From: Clostridia bacterium
Lineage (GTDB): Bacteria; Bacillota; Clostridia; Christensenellales; Pumilibacteraceae
DNA: 64,000 nt
Assembly: GCA_017623435.1 (NCBI GenBank)
Contig: JAGAPD010000033.1
Location: forward strand, 26,587-90,586
Reading direction: 5' to 3'
Shown here piece by piece: positions 29,101-35,943 of this stretch. Made by a program: the position numbers and the translations under genes. The number at the start of each line of letters is the position of its first letter. Position 1 is the stretch's first letter. The notes under the pieces were generated by a model. The model did no database searches. It saw only the letters and a list, made by a program, of their open reading frames with translations, and was not told the origin of the DNA.

Positions 29101-30587
29101 TCTACCGTGTAGTTAAGGGGCGAAGTATAATCGGATGCCGTGAAGGTGTAGGTGTTGCCGTCAACGGTAAGATCTCTACCCGGTACGGTTACGCCCGTTA
29201 CGTTGTAGCCCGTCGCTGCCGTTACGGTGAAGGTAACTTCGTCGCCGTACTTGTAAGCGTCCTTATCAAACTTAACGGTTGCGTTATCCGCTTTAACGTT
29301 TACGGTGATGGGCGCGTAAGTTACGTAAACTCTTACGTCGTAAGTATCGTTTTCAGCCGTGAACTTAACGAGACCGTCTTCGCCGATCATTCCGGTTGCG
29401 TCCTTGCCGTTGATAGTGAATTCAACGAGGTTAAAGAATACGGGGAACTTATCAAAATCCATTTCGGTAAGCTCTACTTCGTCAAACCACTTATATTCTT
29501 TAACGAGGGGTTCTTGCATTGCTTCGCCGTCAAGGTACATATTCATCGTTACGGTTACGTCTTTGATTTCGTAAGTAGCCGTTACGTCGTATACGGTGGA
29601 GGTAAGCGTGGTGGTGTACGAGCTGGTCGTTACTACTTCGCCGTTTACGGTAGCAGAAACGAACTTGTAGCCTCTGCCAGCCACGAAGTTGAAGGTCACC
29701 TTTTCATTATATATAAGGTCGCCGTCAATCTCGATTGCGCCGTTCTCAACCGTTTTGTTTACCTTAACGTCAACGCCCTTGATAAGAACTTGTACGTCAA
29801 AATTGGTGGAAACGTAATCAGTGGTCTTTACCGTGAACGTGCCGTCGGTTACGATAGCTTTGCCGTTTACGGTAGCGCCGTACACGCGGTAATTCTCTAC
29901 TGCGCTTGCGCTGAATACGATTTCATCACCGTAGCGATATTCTTTTTCTTCAAAACTTACATTGCCAAGGTTTGCGTCGCAAGTAGCAGATACTTTAAGT
30001 ACCTGACCGCGGAAGCTTGCCTCGATTACGTAGTTTTCTTCCATTGCCTCGAACGAGAATACTCCGTCAACGGGCGTAAATACTTCGCCGTTTACTTTTA
30101 CGGAGCCTTCGATAAGTTCGTAGCAAGCGTCGGGCGTAATGGTTACGGTAGCAACGTCGCCAAGCTCGTATCCGCCCTTTACGGTGATACTGCCGTTGCC
30201 CGTTACTTGCTTGTCGTAGCTTACGCTACCTTCGGGAACTTCGCCCGTTACCGTTACTAAACAGGTGTCGGATGCCGAGCCTGCCATTGCGGTAATGGTT
30301 ACTACGCCGGGGTATTTACCCTCTACGCGTCCCGTCGCAGATACGGTCGCGATTCTGTCGTCGCTGGAAAACCATACCGTTGCGTCGGTGTTGTTTTGTT
30401 TCTGTGCAACAAGCTGAATGGCTTTGCCTACTTCAACCTCTGCCGTCTCTCTCGTAATGTTTACGTGCGACGCGCCGGGCGGTGTAGGCTCGGTGCTTTC
30501 GTCGAACAAACGGTCACAGCCAACGAGCGTGAACGCCGTCACGAATGCAAGCAAAACAGACAAGATTGTCAATTTGACTTTTTTCAT
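17187..30587 (-). CDS. Giant 4,466-aa mosaic surface lipoprotein (BIG2, 13 InlB-B-repeat-like modules, CBM-like/Ig block, 5 GLUG-type beta-helix modules)
   Basis: Single uninterrupted ORF. The likely start is ATG at 30587 (MKKVKLTILSVLLAFVTAFTLVGC, lipobox), preceded by GAGGAGGA; the 29 upstream codons in the track lack an RBS. Domain calls come from repeat motifs read in the translation. Confidence 0.9.
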   Translation of the reverse strand: MKKVKLTILSVLLAFVTAFTLVGCDRLFDESTEPTPPGASHVNITRETAEVEVGKAIQLVAQKQNNTDATVWFSSDDRIATVSATGRVEGKYPGVVTITAMAGSASDTCLVTVTGEVPEGSVSYDKQVTGNGSITVKGGYELGDVATVTITPDACYELIEGSVKVNGEVFTPVDGVFSFEAMEENYVIEASFRGQVLKVSATCDANLGNVSFEEKEYRYGDEIVFSASAVENYRVYGATVNGKAIVTDGTFTVKTTDYVSTNFDVQVLIKGVDVKVNKTVENGAIEIDGDLIYNEKVTFNFVAGRGYKFVSATVNGEVVTTSSYTTTLTSTVYDVTATYEIKDVTVTMNMYLDGEAMQEPLVKEYKWFDEVELTEMDFDKFPVFFNLVEFTINGKDATGMIGEDGLVKFTAENDTYDVRVYVTYAPITVNVKADNATVKFDKDAYKYGDEVTFTVTAATGYNVTGVTVPGRDLTVDGNTYTFTASDYTSPLNYTVEVTTAVRDAVIKKISVMDGLSSEELELAKWFEYKSWAMDIPEDYKWVKLTFDGEDAFDKIVDGFFVFQVSADTHTVYAEIERKETIVTVNATNATVTLDEEAYKWGDEVTVSVELEEGYEIKTATVNGEAFVFTDGKYTFTTAGEKYEIVVIAEKKNASVSVTAPNATVNFDKDAYKYGDTVSFTVTAATGYKVTEVKADGVVVTATEGTYTFTMAGETASVVVATELKKATFVMSVTLDGVTESQTVPDMAEWFTSQNFRFSMEGYDLVKLTINGENIIDKLDKDMDYSFVVEADVYEIVGEYVSKTATVTVNAANATVTLDKEAYKWGDTVNFEVTADEGYNVTGVTVNGEEVTEYTFTANGTAFEIVVTTEKKDVILTVDALNATVDLDKEIYKWGDTVSFTVAADEGYNVTGVTVNGKEVDEYTFTANGKDFEIVVTTELKDVTGTIEMYLDGEFANKQSEVVGKWFGYTDMPINGVPVPDGYEVADIKVNGESVIDKFVDGYYRIEYRSDEIVISIYAVKKDVTVTYTATNATVTLEKDAYKWGDTVNFEVTANEGYEVTSVTVNGEEVDEYTFTANDTAFEIAVATRTYYIESNEFFDIKDERAVRSLKGGNGTVTYVDADAILADDTLPALPAGENAYVKVTGKANDGYSFFMFYAKPMSGVEEFVNADYVEFQIYLTQPSRQLYLYNKNLITLNAGWNTVRLPIGLFAHTASTAKPFTKAEDWYNDMVNGGEFFRIRWGNATEDESYYLTSVRYGKFEQDATVGYSYVKAVDSTNVYSNGTQETTTYDGKNVVKITGGVWCNIYAKPVKTPAELAEYKYVVVKLYIDGSNAIEFYSQSTLSGASGNDFVSYGTYQPNKWVEVLIPTERVITLYPEYYLNINALFIVRNKAFNAIYVESVKLADDMTGVALTDEVLREGEVTLNYTNTNNIEGITLSVTNANGQAVELTNNAFTATAGEYTVTFSADGYVSVSETFTVYPVFNAAIADATVSGLTVTTGAITLTDPATGGALEGATVTVTAKYGEQDITVTDGKFTAPYYGATYKVIYTVSYNDKDYAYEKTVSIARPTAEAGEVNSFVAPCDLEKVMMGTNTVNNITWLSEFEGESGVAKFEHSSETWPWLGFASVQEMSAYEDYDYVVFRMYISSTGGKLKYMVLGNNSEKDTKPIGYDGTVAYDQWIDYIFDIEVFKIGWSNNLNDIDIGKYRLWFNSVSSEKGTYYIADISAIKVASKANLTVKTEGTLREGEVFSVSYNNPDALTNVTMTVKDPAGNVVADPSAITGVFGTYTVEFTADGYYGVAIKEFSVEASANIEVGELTYANGVLTAGDVTITLDEEDVTDQATITKTAVAHGQALTIEDDGTINISGLGGGTYTVNYVVVYNGKTYNYAKSYTIERASVAKDEIYIFSDIASLDDVTMNHVTGKSYVSDAPAGATHGSVSFDISQVGGSDGNNWPNLYFAPRQAKSAYENCAMVAVTVKFVGADTTVNPYFFNNTENLHVPTNKWITVLVKASNMIACYDQLVSGEYSWFWFTNISANTIQKVLIHEIKACDSDELFDVNEQTAIASNIYVNNGTTEYIDQADIDAANGALPALPAGYTEYAKIAGTSTADEYGVINVFTKVMATYDTFKTADYVEFMYYVTGEGTRRIMTNNKTIVTANAGEWTNVCIPMMWFNNMDAYPNSAEYKTLKEWYDALVNGLQLIKVFDNGNGVATTAYITDIRLTNDTRDLTLGDKYAKLSSITVNSGTVTLTTFDGKDVAKIVSTDTWVNIFVQPGKTFSELMQYENVVVRMYIDGAIDMPLYTQDLVYVNSGGAQRVTFWNGGAAAPVNQWVDVVMPVSHIAQLYHQFAVGGNALMIDQGKAFNAIYISEIICTPALYASVSVEETEGGEITVDSYAKVGETGVITVTANEGYALKTLTVDGVDVTASVVDGKYTYTATTANVTVSAQFAPVEVTVETTANQSVVTYGADGYRYGDTVTFTVAANADYKIDKVTANGVELTANEGIYSFTATLTNAVVVTTSLNYELVDLTETPIDVNLGNGNATYVLTHEDIDGTIERIYDADGNNITAYTAIEGSNVTLAKEVLLSLGYGEHEIDLWTDTHIYTVKVVIITKVIMTAEEFADLVNQFVVKDITDIEKASIKDEYAWVDGVKIYELHGYVVLGADIDLKGATQKGVGKWVTWYKNITANKDYAQWTHRFYGTFDGRGHTVSNFTIANCNGDTSSNHGLFSRIAKTGVVKNLNLFNVTNSGHGGVVSTDSEGTVENVAVYGSVTGGANWAPGSLIISKNNGTMNNVLAVVTQTAAADTQYGGAVAGWSKTTVTNGISINLGENNMKAVGESQKTIANQGNFDSDTLKSFKGFEAYAAWLASDGATATWNTFHKNAISKFVGINIQPTNDKVVNVGGTLNVTCAQPTWVVGYAISPAVEGVSVSNAGVISVANTVVAGTTFTVVVTGVDGTTRSMELVASKVSSVDIAALGDVDLNGGSATVEIALGEYAEKEVADVKFNSTSLAADAWKVEGGKVVITKDKIKSLIGEGKISVTFETYVGSVIIESITLNTNVTLASKIITTKAEFLNFIAATHYVGGDSETGYTGYIVLGADIDLQNETLVPVMGYWGSGWVGGWKGTFDGRGYTISNYNVTSGNNGFFRVIMPSGVFKNTIIYNANVTTNASAIVMCLYGTIENVAVYGTLANANNANMCNGLICANTRAGAVIRNCVAAVINNNSVSNFAGMIAGNLIGATYSNLIGIQFGGEVKIPVVNTAKALSNFQDNPQLNDTENVKTFSTIAEYVTWLNGEGATATWATMHKDVIAKFIGPSVTISVSQNVVGKGKSVTVTPNIAGTITAWESDNAEVTVTNGVVTASNNVEAGTKVTVTATVIDGTTRTIELTVVNMVVGELGNLGEFDLNDGNATFTVDLGNYYDTLEPTSVKIGSTAVPTWEYNGGNLVITKEGIKSLYGNQTLTVIAEKSVGGSVVENITVTAEMFLITKVIYTAEDLLAMKSYGTIITADVEFTVWGDAMKEDFWTGYFVLGNNIDLGDSTIRGIKTAGNNPSRNWYEKEVGFNGTFDGRGYTIVGGAYGQGGLFGFLYKQSVIKNVAIVDATVGSQIGASVFANSAYGTIENVLVDIKQSNIPNSENGTVIRQIAPSFVAKNVIVYDNSTTQVSDGSSYVNHSNDNASAAGYGAHTNVYVFTNFNAMASKYSTVVPVKAIPLCESLVEANVNVSAFNAYWDMTDYRARFSSYKNITLNDVLVDLSKSETSATFTVPAVEGTLVSATNNGANAVYTASGNEYTMSAENLAMGDNNVVLRFDNVSNEKIVATTFVNVCIVKADKVIYTAEELLAIKSYAPNKTSYTWTLWGQTATEDQYDGYFVLGNNIDLGTSEVNNIDTKDKLTRVWHETKTATNAAAYSEAGFNGTFDGRGYTISGGVYKTGGLFGYLWKNGVIKNVAFDNVNLSENYAAVIGLSLWGTLDNVLFNVASRTTTGGESGVIATQSGATAKIKNVILYDNDAIRTGNVQISSFINHSSGAYPAVTNSYVFTNNNVGQRFHKFVDGKDAEGNAIKVPTITDYQANWLNAGVKKRAYNETIDSISFVGFNTYWNMSGDRARFKSSNVIKLDEVIVDLSKEETSASFTLPEVEGTLVSVTSKGATVTYTADGNKVTVLASDLALGENVVSFRYDVKSGDKIMKSIYVDAPVTVATKVFYNASDLDQLGTLSKAAETGAKWGGYFLLGANIDYNKNWTTFINYSTLTANGGSAAWSDQVSGFVGTIDGRGHYIKGLTIVGAAGGFVGKMATPGTIKNIAFIDARLKGNSGFISAKGAGTLQNVYAKIVEQQNGNTNNDKTGFFCAADSFGTTKFIDSFIDTVFTGNMTDNNGVAVGSYHNGYQSIQGVYVVGNAAGFRSLSTTNANDFIGGSYADRDTMKAATDWKAEFATWDTNFWTTDADGLPIAKSVKNAQ
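17190..23006 (-). repeat. C-terminal region of giant protein: five Ig-stalk + beta-helix (GLUG-like) modules, two with intervening BIG2 domains
   Basis: Hallmark motifs occur five times: HGYVVLGADIDLKG, TGYIVLGADIDLQN, TGYFVLGNNIDLGDS, DGYFVLGNNIDLGTS, GGYFLLGANIDYNKN. Each is followed by F.GT.DGRG[YH] and GLFG/GFVG....G.IKN. Boundaries come from my residue count and are approximate. Confidence 0.7.
23454..27320 (-). repeat. Central block of giant protein: nested duplication A-B-[Ig-Ig-C]-[Ig-Ig-C]-A'-B' of CBM-like beta-sandwich and Ig-like modules
   Basis: ORF-track residues ~1119-1436 are paralogous to ~2086-2407 (LPALPAG.., ADYVEF.IY, AGW/EWTNV, KAFNAIY.E). Residues ~1437-1764 are paralogous to ~1765-2085 (LREGEV..., YTVTF/EFTADGY...). 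Coordinates are derived by counting residues. Confidence 0.6.
27321..30227 (-). repeat. Array of 13 InlB-B-repeat-like (Listeria-Bacteroides-repeat-like) modules of 67-83 aa
   Basis: The recurring pattern is NATV.(L/F)DK.AYK(W/Y)GD.V.F.V.A..GY.VT.V.VNG.. ..YTFT. Four variant modules are interleaved (MYLDGE..KWF..). Three copies (27972..28181, 27765..27971, 27321..27521) are nearly identical at the protein level. Confidence 0.7.
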
Positions 30588-30664
30588 TTCATCCTCCTCA
30601 AGATGTAATTGTCCACAATATTTCCTCGTGCGTATGCACGCGAAAATATAATTCGTCACAAAAA

Positions 30665-30696
30665 AGTATAGCATACTACCCCCCCCCCATTGTCAA
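30665..30696 (-). promoter_or_regulatory. Candidate promoter of the giant gene with a homopolymer in the spacer
   Basis: Minus strand reads TTGACA (30696..30691), then AT-G10-TAG-TATGCT (15-nt spacer) or on to TATACT (30670..30665, 20-nt spacer). It sits about 80-105 nt upstream of the ATG at 30587. Confidence 0.55.
30679..30688 (-). repeat. Homopolymeric G10 tract (C10 on plus strand)
   Basis: Direct count: cc at 30679..30680 plus cccccccc at 30681..30688. This is the only homopolymer of this length I saw in the window. Confidence 0.95.
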
Positions 30697-30874
30697 GGGG
30701 TTAGACTAATCTTTTCGTGTTTTTTTGGCTTTTATTTTTTACTTTCGAGTATATTTTTATAAAATTTTATCGCGTTGTTACAAAATCTTATCCACAATGG
30801 CTATCAGTTCTTGATATTTTTCGTATGCTTGGAAATCATAAATTGATACGGTAGAATTTTGGGGAACAAAATAA

Positions 30875-30909
30875 CAAAGGCTTGCCGATATACTTTTGGC
30901 AAGCCTTTG
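30875..30909 (-). terminator. Intrinsic terminator after uvrA
   Basis: Stem CAAAGGCTTGCC / GGCAAGCCTTTG with an 11-nt loop, followed by a T-rich stretch on the minus strand. Confidence 0.7.
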
Positions 30910-30993
30910 TTTTAGGTGTAAATTTCGTTTTTTGAGAGTATCGTTTTTATACTTTTCGTGAATGATCGCGAGTATCGGAACACCCTTTGGATG

Positions 30994-33804
30994 TTAGGGA
31001 AGGACTTTTTTGAGGAAACGGCCGGTGTGGCTTTCTTCGACGAGGGAGACCTCTTCGGGCGTGCCCTGCGCGATAACCTGACCGCCTGCGTCTCCGCCCT
31101 CGTAGCCCATATCGATAACGTAGTCGGCAACCTTAATCACGTCGAGGTTATGCTCGATTACGATAACGGTGTTACCACCACTCGTGAGGCGTTGCAAAAT
31201 TTCCAAAAGCTTAGCAACGTCGGCAATATGCAAGCCCGTAGTAGGCTCGTCCAGAATATACAAGGTCTGACTAGTCGAATGCTTACTGAGCTCGGTCGCA
31301 AGCTTAACTCTTTGCGCCTCGCCACCCGAAAGCGTGGTTGCAGGCTGACCAAGCTTGATATAACCTAAGCCCACCTCTCGTAGCGTTTTTATCTTGTTGA
31401 AAATGGTGGGGATATTCTCGAAGAAGTCGCACGCCTCCTCTACCGTCATTTCCAGCACCTCGTAAATATTCTTGCCCTTGTAACGCACCTGTAGCGTTTC
31501 GCGGTTGTATCTCTTACCTCCACAAACTTCGCAGGGCACGTAAACGTCGGGAAGGAAGTTCATTTCCACCTTGAGTATACCGTCGCCCTGACAGTTTTCG
31601 CATCGACCGCCCTTGACGTTGAAGGAAAATCTTCCTGCGTCGTAACCGCGCTCTTGCGCGTCCGCAGTCTTTGCAAACAGTTCGCGGATTGCGGTGAAAA
31701 CGCCCGTGTAGGTCGCAGGGTTGGATCGGGGCGTTCTGCCGATAGGAGTCTGGTCAATGCAGATGACCTTGTCGATATATTCCGCGCCCGTTATCCCGTC
31801 GCAATCCCCTTCCGTTTGGCGAGTGCGCATAATCCTGTTGGAAAGGTACGGATACAGGATTTGGTTGACCAAGCTTGACTTACCGCTACCCGAAACTCCC
31901 GTCACGCAAGTGAACACTCCGACGGGGAATTTGACGGTAATATTTTTGAGGTTATTTTGCCTTGCTCCCGTCACCGTAATATAGCGGTCAGACACCAAAC
32001 GACGGGTAACGGGTACGTCGATTTTCTTTTTTCCGCTTAAATATTCGCCCGTGATAGAGAGCGGATTTTTGATGATTTCCTCGCACGATCCAACGGCTAC
32101 GATTTGACCGCCGTGGATGCCTGCGCCCGGGCCTACGTCCACTATACAGTCCGCCCTACGCATAGTTTCCTCGTCGTGCTCAACCACGATAAGCGTGTTA
32201 CCTAAATCACGAAGACGCTCGAGCGTAGAAATAAGCTTTTCGTTGTCGCGCTGATGAAGTCCGATTGACGGCTCGTCCAAGATATAAAGCACGCCCGTAA
32301 GCCCAGAGCCTATCTGCGTTGCAAGACGGATTCGTTGCGCCTCGCCACCCGAAAGCGTTGCCGCTCCACGCGAAAGCGTAAGGTATCCAAGACCTACGTC
32401 GATAAGGAAATTAAGTCTTGCTTTAATCTCGCGCATTATGGGCTTTGCGATAATTTCGTTAGAAACGGAAAGCTGAAGTCCGTCGATAAACTGCTTGATT
32501 TTAACGATAGGAAGGTCGGAAAGCTGAGCGATATTAAGTCCGCCTACGGTAACTGCGAGCGCCTCTTTTTTCAATCTTTTGCCGTGGCACTCGGGACAGG
32601 GAGTTTCGCGCATATACTTGGAAATTACGCCCTTAACGTAGTCGCTACTCGTTTCTTTAAAACGGCGTTCAAGGTTGTTCACTACGCCCTCGAAGGACTT
32701 AGTGTAGCTACCCGTAAAGTTGGTCGTCTGGTACGTTAAATCAAGTTTTTCGTCGTTGCCATACAATAAAATGTGCTGAATTTCTTTGGGTAGATCGCGG
32801 AAAGGCGTGTCAAGTGAGAATCCGTAGCGCTTACTGAGCGCCTTAAAGTACATCTGACCTATCTGGCTGGTGTCAAAATTCCACGCCGCCACGTTAAGCG
32901 CGCCTTCGTTCAAGCTTTTACTGCCGTCGCCGTAGATAAGCACGGGATCAAGCGTTTGCTTAAATCCTAGTCCGCTACACTCGGGACACGCGCCAAAGGG
33001 CGAGTTGAACGAGAAAAGTCGAGGCTCGACTTCACTAATGGAAATTTCACAGTCGGGGCAAGCGTATTTAGTGGAAAAAAGCTGCTCGACTTCGCCGTTA
33101 TCTACGGTAACTATGCCGTCGGCAAGCTTGAGCGCCGTTTCTAAGCTGTCGGTAAGGCGTTTTTCAATGCCGGGCTTTACCACGAGTCTATCCACCACTA
33201 CGCTGATATTATGCTTAATTTGCTTGTCCAGTACGATTTCCTCGTCAAGCGAGCGCACCTGTCCGTCTACTTTTACACGCGGATAGCCTGCCTTTCTGAA
33301 CGAGTCAAGCTCCTTCTTGAATTCTCCCTTTTTACCGCGAGCAAAGGGTGCGTTAACGAGGATTTTGCTACCCTCGGGATACGCCATAACCTTGTCCACG
33401 ATTTGGTCAATCGTCTGCTGTTCAATCTCTTTTCCGCAGTTAGGACAATGCACCACTCCGGTGCGTGCGTATAGCAAACGGAGGTAGTCGTGTATCTCCG
33501 TTACCGTTCCTACCGTCGAACGAGGGTTGCGCGCGGTCGTCTTTTGGTCAATAGAAATTGCCGGGCTTAATCCCTCGATACTCTCCACGTCAGGCTTTTG
33601 CATTTGCCCTAAAAATAAGCGTGCGTAGGAAGATAGCGACTCAACGTATCTGCGCTGGCCTTCTGCAAAAATGGTGTCGAAGGCAAGGCTGGTTTTACCC
33701 GAGCCAGATAGTCCCGTGAACACGATAAGTTTATTGCGCGGAAGAGTAAGGTTTACGTCCTTGAGGTTATTTTCTTTTGCGCCTTTTATGATAATTTCGT
33801 CCAT
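30994..33804 (-). CDS. uvrA: Excinuclease ABC subunit A
   Basis: 936 aa. The N-terminus is [58 protein letters not shown]. It has two ABC ATPase modules ([18 protein letters not shown] twice) and zinc-finger CxxC pairs. Confidence 0.97.
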   Translation of the reverse strand: MDEIIIKGAKENNLKDVNLTLPRNKLIVFTGLSGSGKTSLAFDTIFAEGQRRYVESLSSYARLFLGQMQKPDVESIEGLSPAISIDQKTTARNPRSTVGTVTEIHDYLRLLYARTGVVHCPNCGKEIEQQTIDQIVDKVMAYPEGSKILVNAPFARGKKGEFKKELDSFRKAGYPRVKVDGQVRSLDEEIVLDKQIKHNISVVVDRLVVKPGIEKRLTDSLETALKLADGIVTVDNGEVEQLFSTKYACPDCEISISEVEPRLFSFNSPFGACPECSGLGFKQTLDPVLIYGDGSKSLNEGALNVAAWNFDTSQIGQMYFKALSKRYGFSLDTPFRDLPKEIQHILLYGNDEKLDLTYQTTNFTGSYTKSFEGVVNNLERRFKETSSDYVKGVISKYMRETPCPECHGKRLKKEALAVTVGGLNIAQLSDLPIVKIKQFIDGLQLSVSNEIIAKPIMREIKARLNFLIDVGLGYLTLSRGAATLSGGEAQRIRLATQIGSGLTGVLYILDEPSIGLHQRDNEKLISTLERLRDLGNTLIVVEHDEETMRRADCIVDVGPGAGIHGGQIVAVGSCEEIIKNPLSITGEYLSGKKKIDVPVTRRLVSDRYITVTGARQNNLKNITVKFPVGVFTCVTGVSGSGKSSLVNQILYPYLSNRIMRTRQTEGDCDGITGAEYIDKVICIDQTPIGRTPRSNPATYTGVFTAIRELFAKTADAQERGYDAGRFSFNVKGGRCENCQGDGILKVEMNFLPDVYVPCEVCGGKRYNRETLQVRYKGKNIYEVLEMTVEEACDFFENIPTIFNKIKTLREVGLGYIKLGQPATTLSGGEAQRVKLATELSKHSTSQTLYILDEPTTGLHIADVAKLLEILQRLTSGGNTVIVIEHNLDVIKVADYVIDMGYEGGDAGGQVIAQGTPEEVSLVEESHTGRFLKKVLP

Positions 33805-33814
33805 AATTTCTCCG

Positions 33815-35797
33815 TTAAATAATGTTTCCGCCCTTCTTTCCCGAATACTTCGACTGAATCTTTTTAAGCTCGGCTATTCTATCGCGCATCTTGATTGCCG
33901 TTTCAAAGTCAAGCGACTTCGCGGCGATACTCATCAGCCCTTTAAGCTTTTCAATTTCATCGGGAATTTCGTTTAGGTCTACGCGCTCCGTAGCGCTCTT
34001 CGTGATCTCAATCGTATTAGTGATTTTTTTAATAATGGTACGGGGCGTTATGCCGTGTTTTTCATTATACGCCTTTTGTTTGGCACGTCTGCGCTCCGTT
34101 TCGTCAATGGCTCTGCGCATTGATCCCGTGATTGTATCGGCGTACATAACGACGTAGCTATCCGCGTTTCTTGCGGCGCGTCCGACGGTCTGAATAAGCG
34201 AAGTTTCGCTCCTCAAAAAGCCCTCTTTATCCGCGTCGAGAATGGCTACGAGCATAACTTCGGGAATGTCCAAGCCCTCGCGAAGAAGGTTAATTCCCAC
34301 CACCACATCAAATTCGCCAGCGCGTAAATCGTTGACTATGCTGATTCTCTCCATCGTGTCGATATCGGAGTGAAGATAGCGCACCTTTACGCCGTTCTCG
34401 GCAAGGTAGTTAGTTAAACTTTCGCTCATTTTTTTGGTAAGCGTGGTCACCAAAACTCTGCCGTTTTTAGCGACGGTTGCGCGGATTCGGCTGATTAAAT
34501 CGTCCACCTGTCCTTTCGTGGGAAGGACGGTAATGGGCGGATCAATAAGTCCCGTAGGTCTGATTATTTGCTCGGCCACCGCGCCGTTTGCAAGCCCTAA
34601 TTCGTAGGGGGCTGGCGTTGCGGAAACGTAAATGACCTGACCTATACGGTCGTTAAATTCCTCAAAGTTAAGGGGGCGGTTATCGTAGGCGGCTGGAAGA
34701 CGGAATCCGTAGTCAACCAGTGATTTTTTTCGCGATAAATCCCCGTGGTACATCGCGCGAAGTTGAGGTACGGTCATGTGACTTTCGTCAATGAACATTA
34801 TAAAGTCGCGTGGGAAGTAATCAAGTAGCGTAAAAGGTGGCTCGCCCGGGCTTCTGCCGTCAAAATAGCGCGAATAGTTCTCAATTCCGCTACAATATCC
34901 TATCTCGCGCATCATTTCAACGTCGTAGCTTACCCTCTGCCCTATTCTTTGCGCCTCGATAAGCTTGCCTTCGTCGTTGAAGTATTTTACTTGGTCGTCG
35001 CGGTCGCGAAGTATGGCTACGATAGCGTTTTTCATCGTTTCCTGCGCTACGGCGTAGTGGGACGCTGGGAAAATCGCGACGTGCGAAAGGGTGGAAGTCA
35101 CTCTGCCCGATACCACGTCAAACTCGCTAATAGCGTCGATTTCGTCGCCGAAAAACTCCACTCTTATTCCCTTATCCGACGAGGACGCGATAAATACGTC
35201 CACCGTATCCCCTTTTACGCGGAAATTCGTTCTCTCCACCTCGGTATCGTTGCGCTTGTAGTTGATTGCAACTAATTTTCTTATAAGCTCGTCACGAGAA
35301 ATCTCCTGACCGGGGCGAAGCGATACGGACAAGCGGTAATACTCTTCGGGTGCGCCCAGTCCGTAAATGCACGAAACGGACGCAACTACTATCGTATCAC
35401 GGCGCTCGTGAAGTGAGCAGGTCGCTGAATGGCGAAGCTTATCAATCTCGTCATTGACCTGAAGGTCCTTTTCGATATAAGTATCCGTACTGGCGATATA
35501 CGCCTCGGGCTGATAGTAGTCGTAGTAAGACACGAAAAATTCTACGCGGTTATTAGGGAAAAACTCGCGCATCTCGTTGCAAAGCTGGGCGGCAAGCGTT
35601 TTATTGTGCGCCAGAATGAGCGCAGGTCGGTTGACGGCGGCGATTACGTTTGCCATCGTGAAAGTTTTACCCGAGCCAGTAACGCCCAAAAGGACTTGCG
35701 AAAGCAAGCCGTCCTCTATGCCCTCAACCAGCGCTTTTATTGCTTCCGGCCGGTCGCCCGTGGGCGCGTATGAAGATACTAAATCAAACTTTTTCAT
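33815..35797 (-). CDS. uvrB: Excinuclease ABC subunit B
   Basis: The homologous N-terminus starts at [26 protein letters not shown] (ATG 35797), with [10 protein letters not shown] helicase motifs and a C-terminal UVR domain. The 13-codon extension in the track is probably not translated. Confidence 0.95.
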   Translation of the reverse strand: MKKFDLVSSYAPTGDRPEAIKALVEGIEDGLLSQVLLGVTGSGKTFTMANVIAAVNRPALILAHNKTLAAQLCNEMREFFPNNRVEFFVSYYDYYQPEAYIASTDTYIEKDLQVNDEIDKLRHSATCSLHERRDTIVVASVSCIYGLGAPEEYYRLSVSLRPGQEISRDELIRKLVAINYKRNDTEVERTNFRVKGDTVDVFIASSSDKGIRVEFFGDEIDAISEFDVVSGRVTSTLSHVAIFPASHYAVAQETMKNAIVAILRDRDDQVKYFNDEGKLIEAQRIGQRVSYDVEMMREIGYCSGIENYSRYFDGRSPGEPPFTLLDYFPRDFIMFIDESHMTVPQLRAMYHGDLSRKKSLVDYGFRLPAAYDNRPLNFEEFNDRIGQVIYVSATPAPYELGLANGAVAEQIIRPTGLIDPPITVLPTKGQVDDLISRIRATVAKNGRVLVTTLTKKMSESLTNYLAENGVKVRYLHSDIDTMERISIVNDLRAGEFDVVVGINLLREGLDIPEVMLVAILDADKEGFLRSETSLIQTVGRAARNADSYVVMYADTITGSMRRAIDETERRRAKQKAYNEKHGITPRTIIKKITNTIEITKSATERVDLNEIPDEIEKLKGLMSIAAKSLDFETAIKMRDRIAELKKIQSKYSGKKGGNII

Positions 35798-35806
35798 ATC
35801 ACAAAG

Positions 35807-35836
35807 ATTATAACACATTTTTGCTAATATATGCAA
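35807..35836 (-). promoter_or_regulatory. Candidate uvrBA promoter placed 9 nt from the start codon
   Basis: Minus strand reads TTGCAT (35836..35831), an 18-nt spacer ending in TGT, then TATAAT (35812..35807). Only CTTTGTGAT separates the -10 hexamer from the ATG. No Shine-Dalgarno sequence is present. Confidence 0.45.
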
Positions 35837-35876
35837 GTACCTTAGAGGTAATATTTTTCACAATATTTTTTTAATA

Positions 35877-35893
35877 GTGACTTATATTGTCAC
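35877..35893. promoter_or_regulatory. Palindrome GTGAC-N7-GTCAC overlapping the putative -35 of dinB
   Basis: GTGACTTATATTGTCAC. The dinB -10 TATAAT is at 35905..35910 with TTATAT 17 nt upstream. Confidence 0.35.
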
Positions 35894-35943
35894 CTTTTTT
35901 GTGGTATAATGAGCATTGATTAATCAAAGGGAGCAAAATCGGG

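Noticed and set aside
17187-30587. Diversity-generating retroelement or shufflon acting on the repeat-rich giant gene
   Set aside because: No reverse transcriptase, template repeat with adenine-specific differences, recombinase or flanking inverted repeats were seen anywhere in the window.
30588-30674. 29-codon N-terminal extension of the giant ORF (MLYFFVTNYIF...)
   Set aside because: There is no RBS, it would bury the lipoprotein signal peptide, and it overlaps the predicted promoter/5' UTR. The ATG at 30587 has GAGGAGGA upstream. The same reasoning applies to 6734..6769, 16625..16705 and 35798..35836.
35798-35943. Canonical Firmicutes LexA/DinR box (CGAAC-N4-GTTCG) for uvrB/dinB
   Set aside because: It was not found by eye on either strand. 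Only non-canonical palindromes are present; these are reported separately with low confidence.
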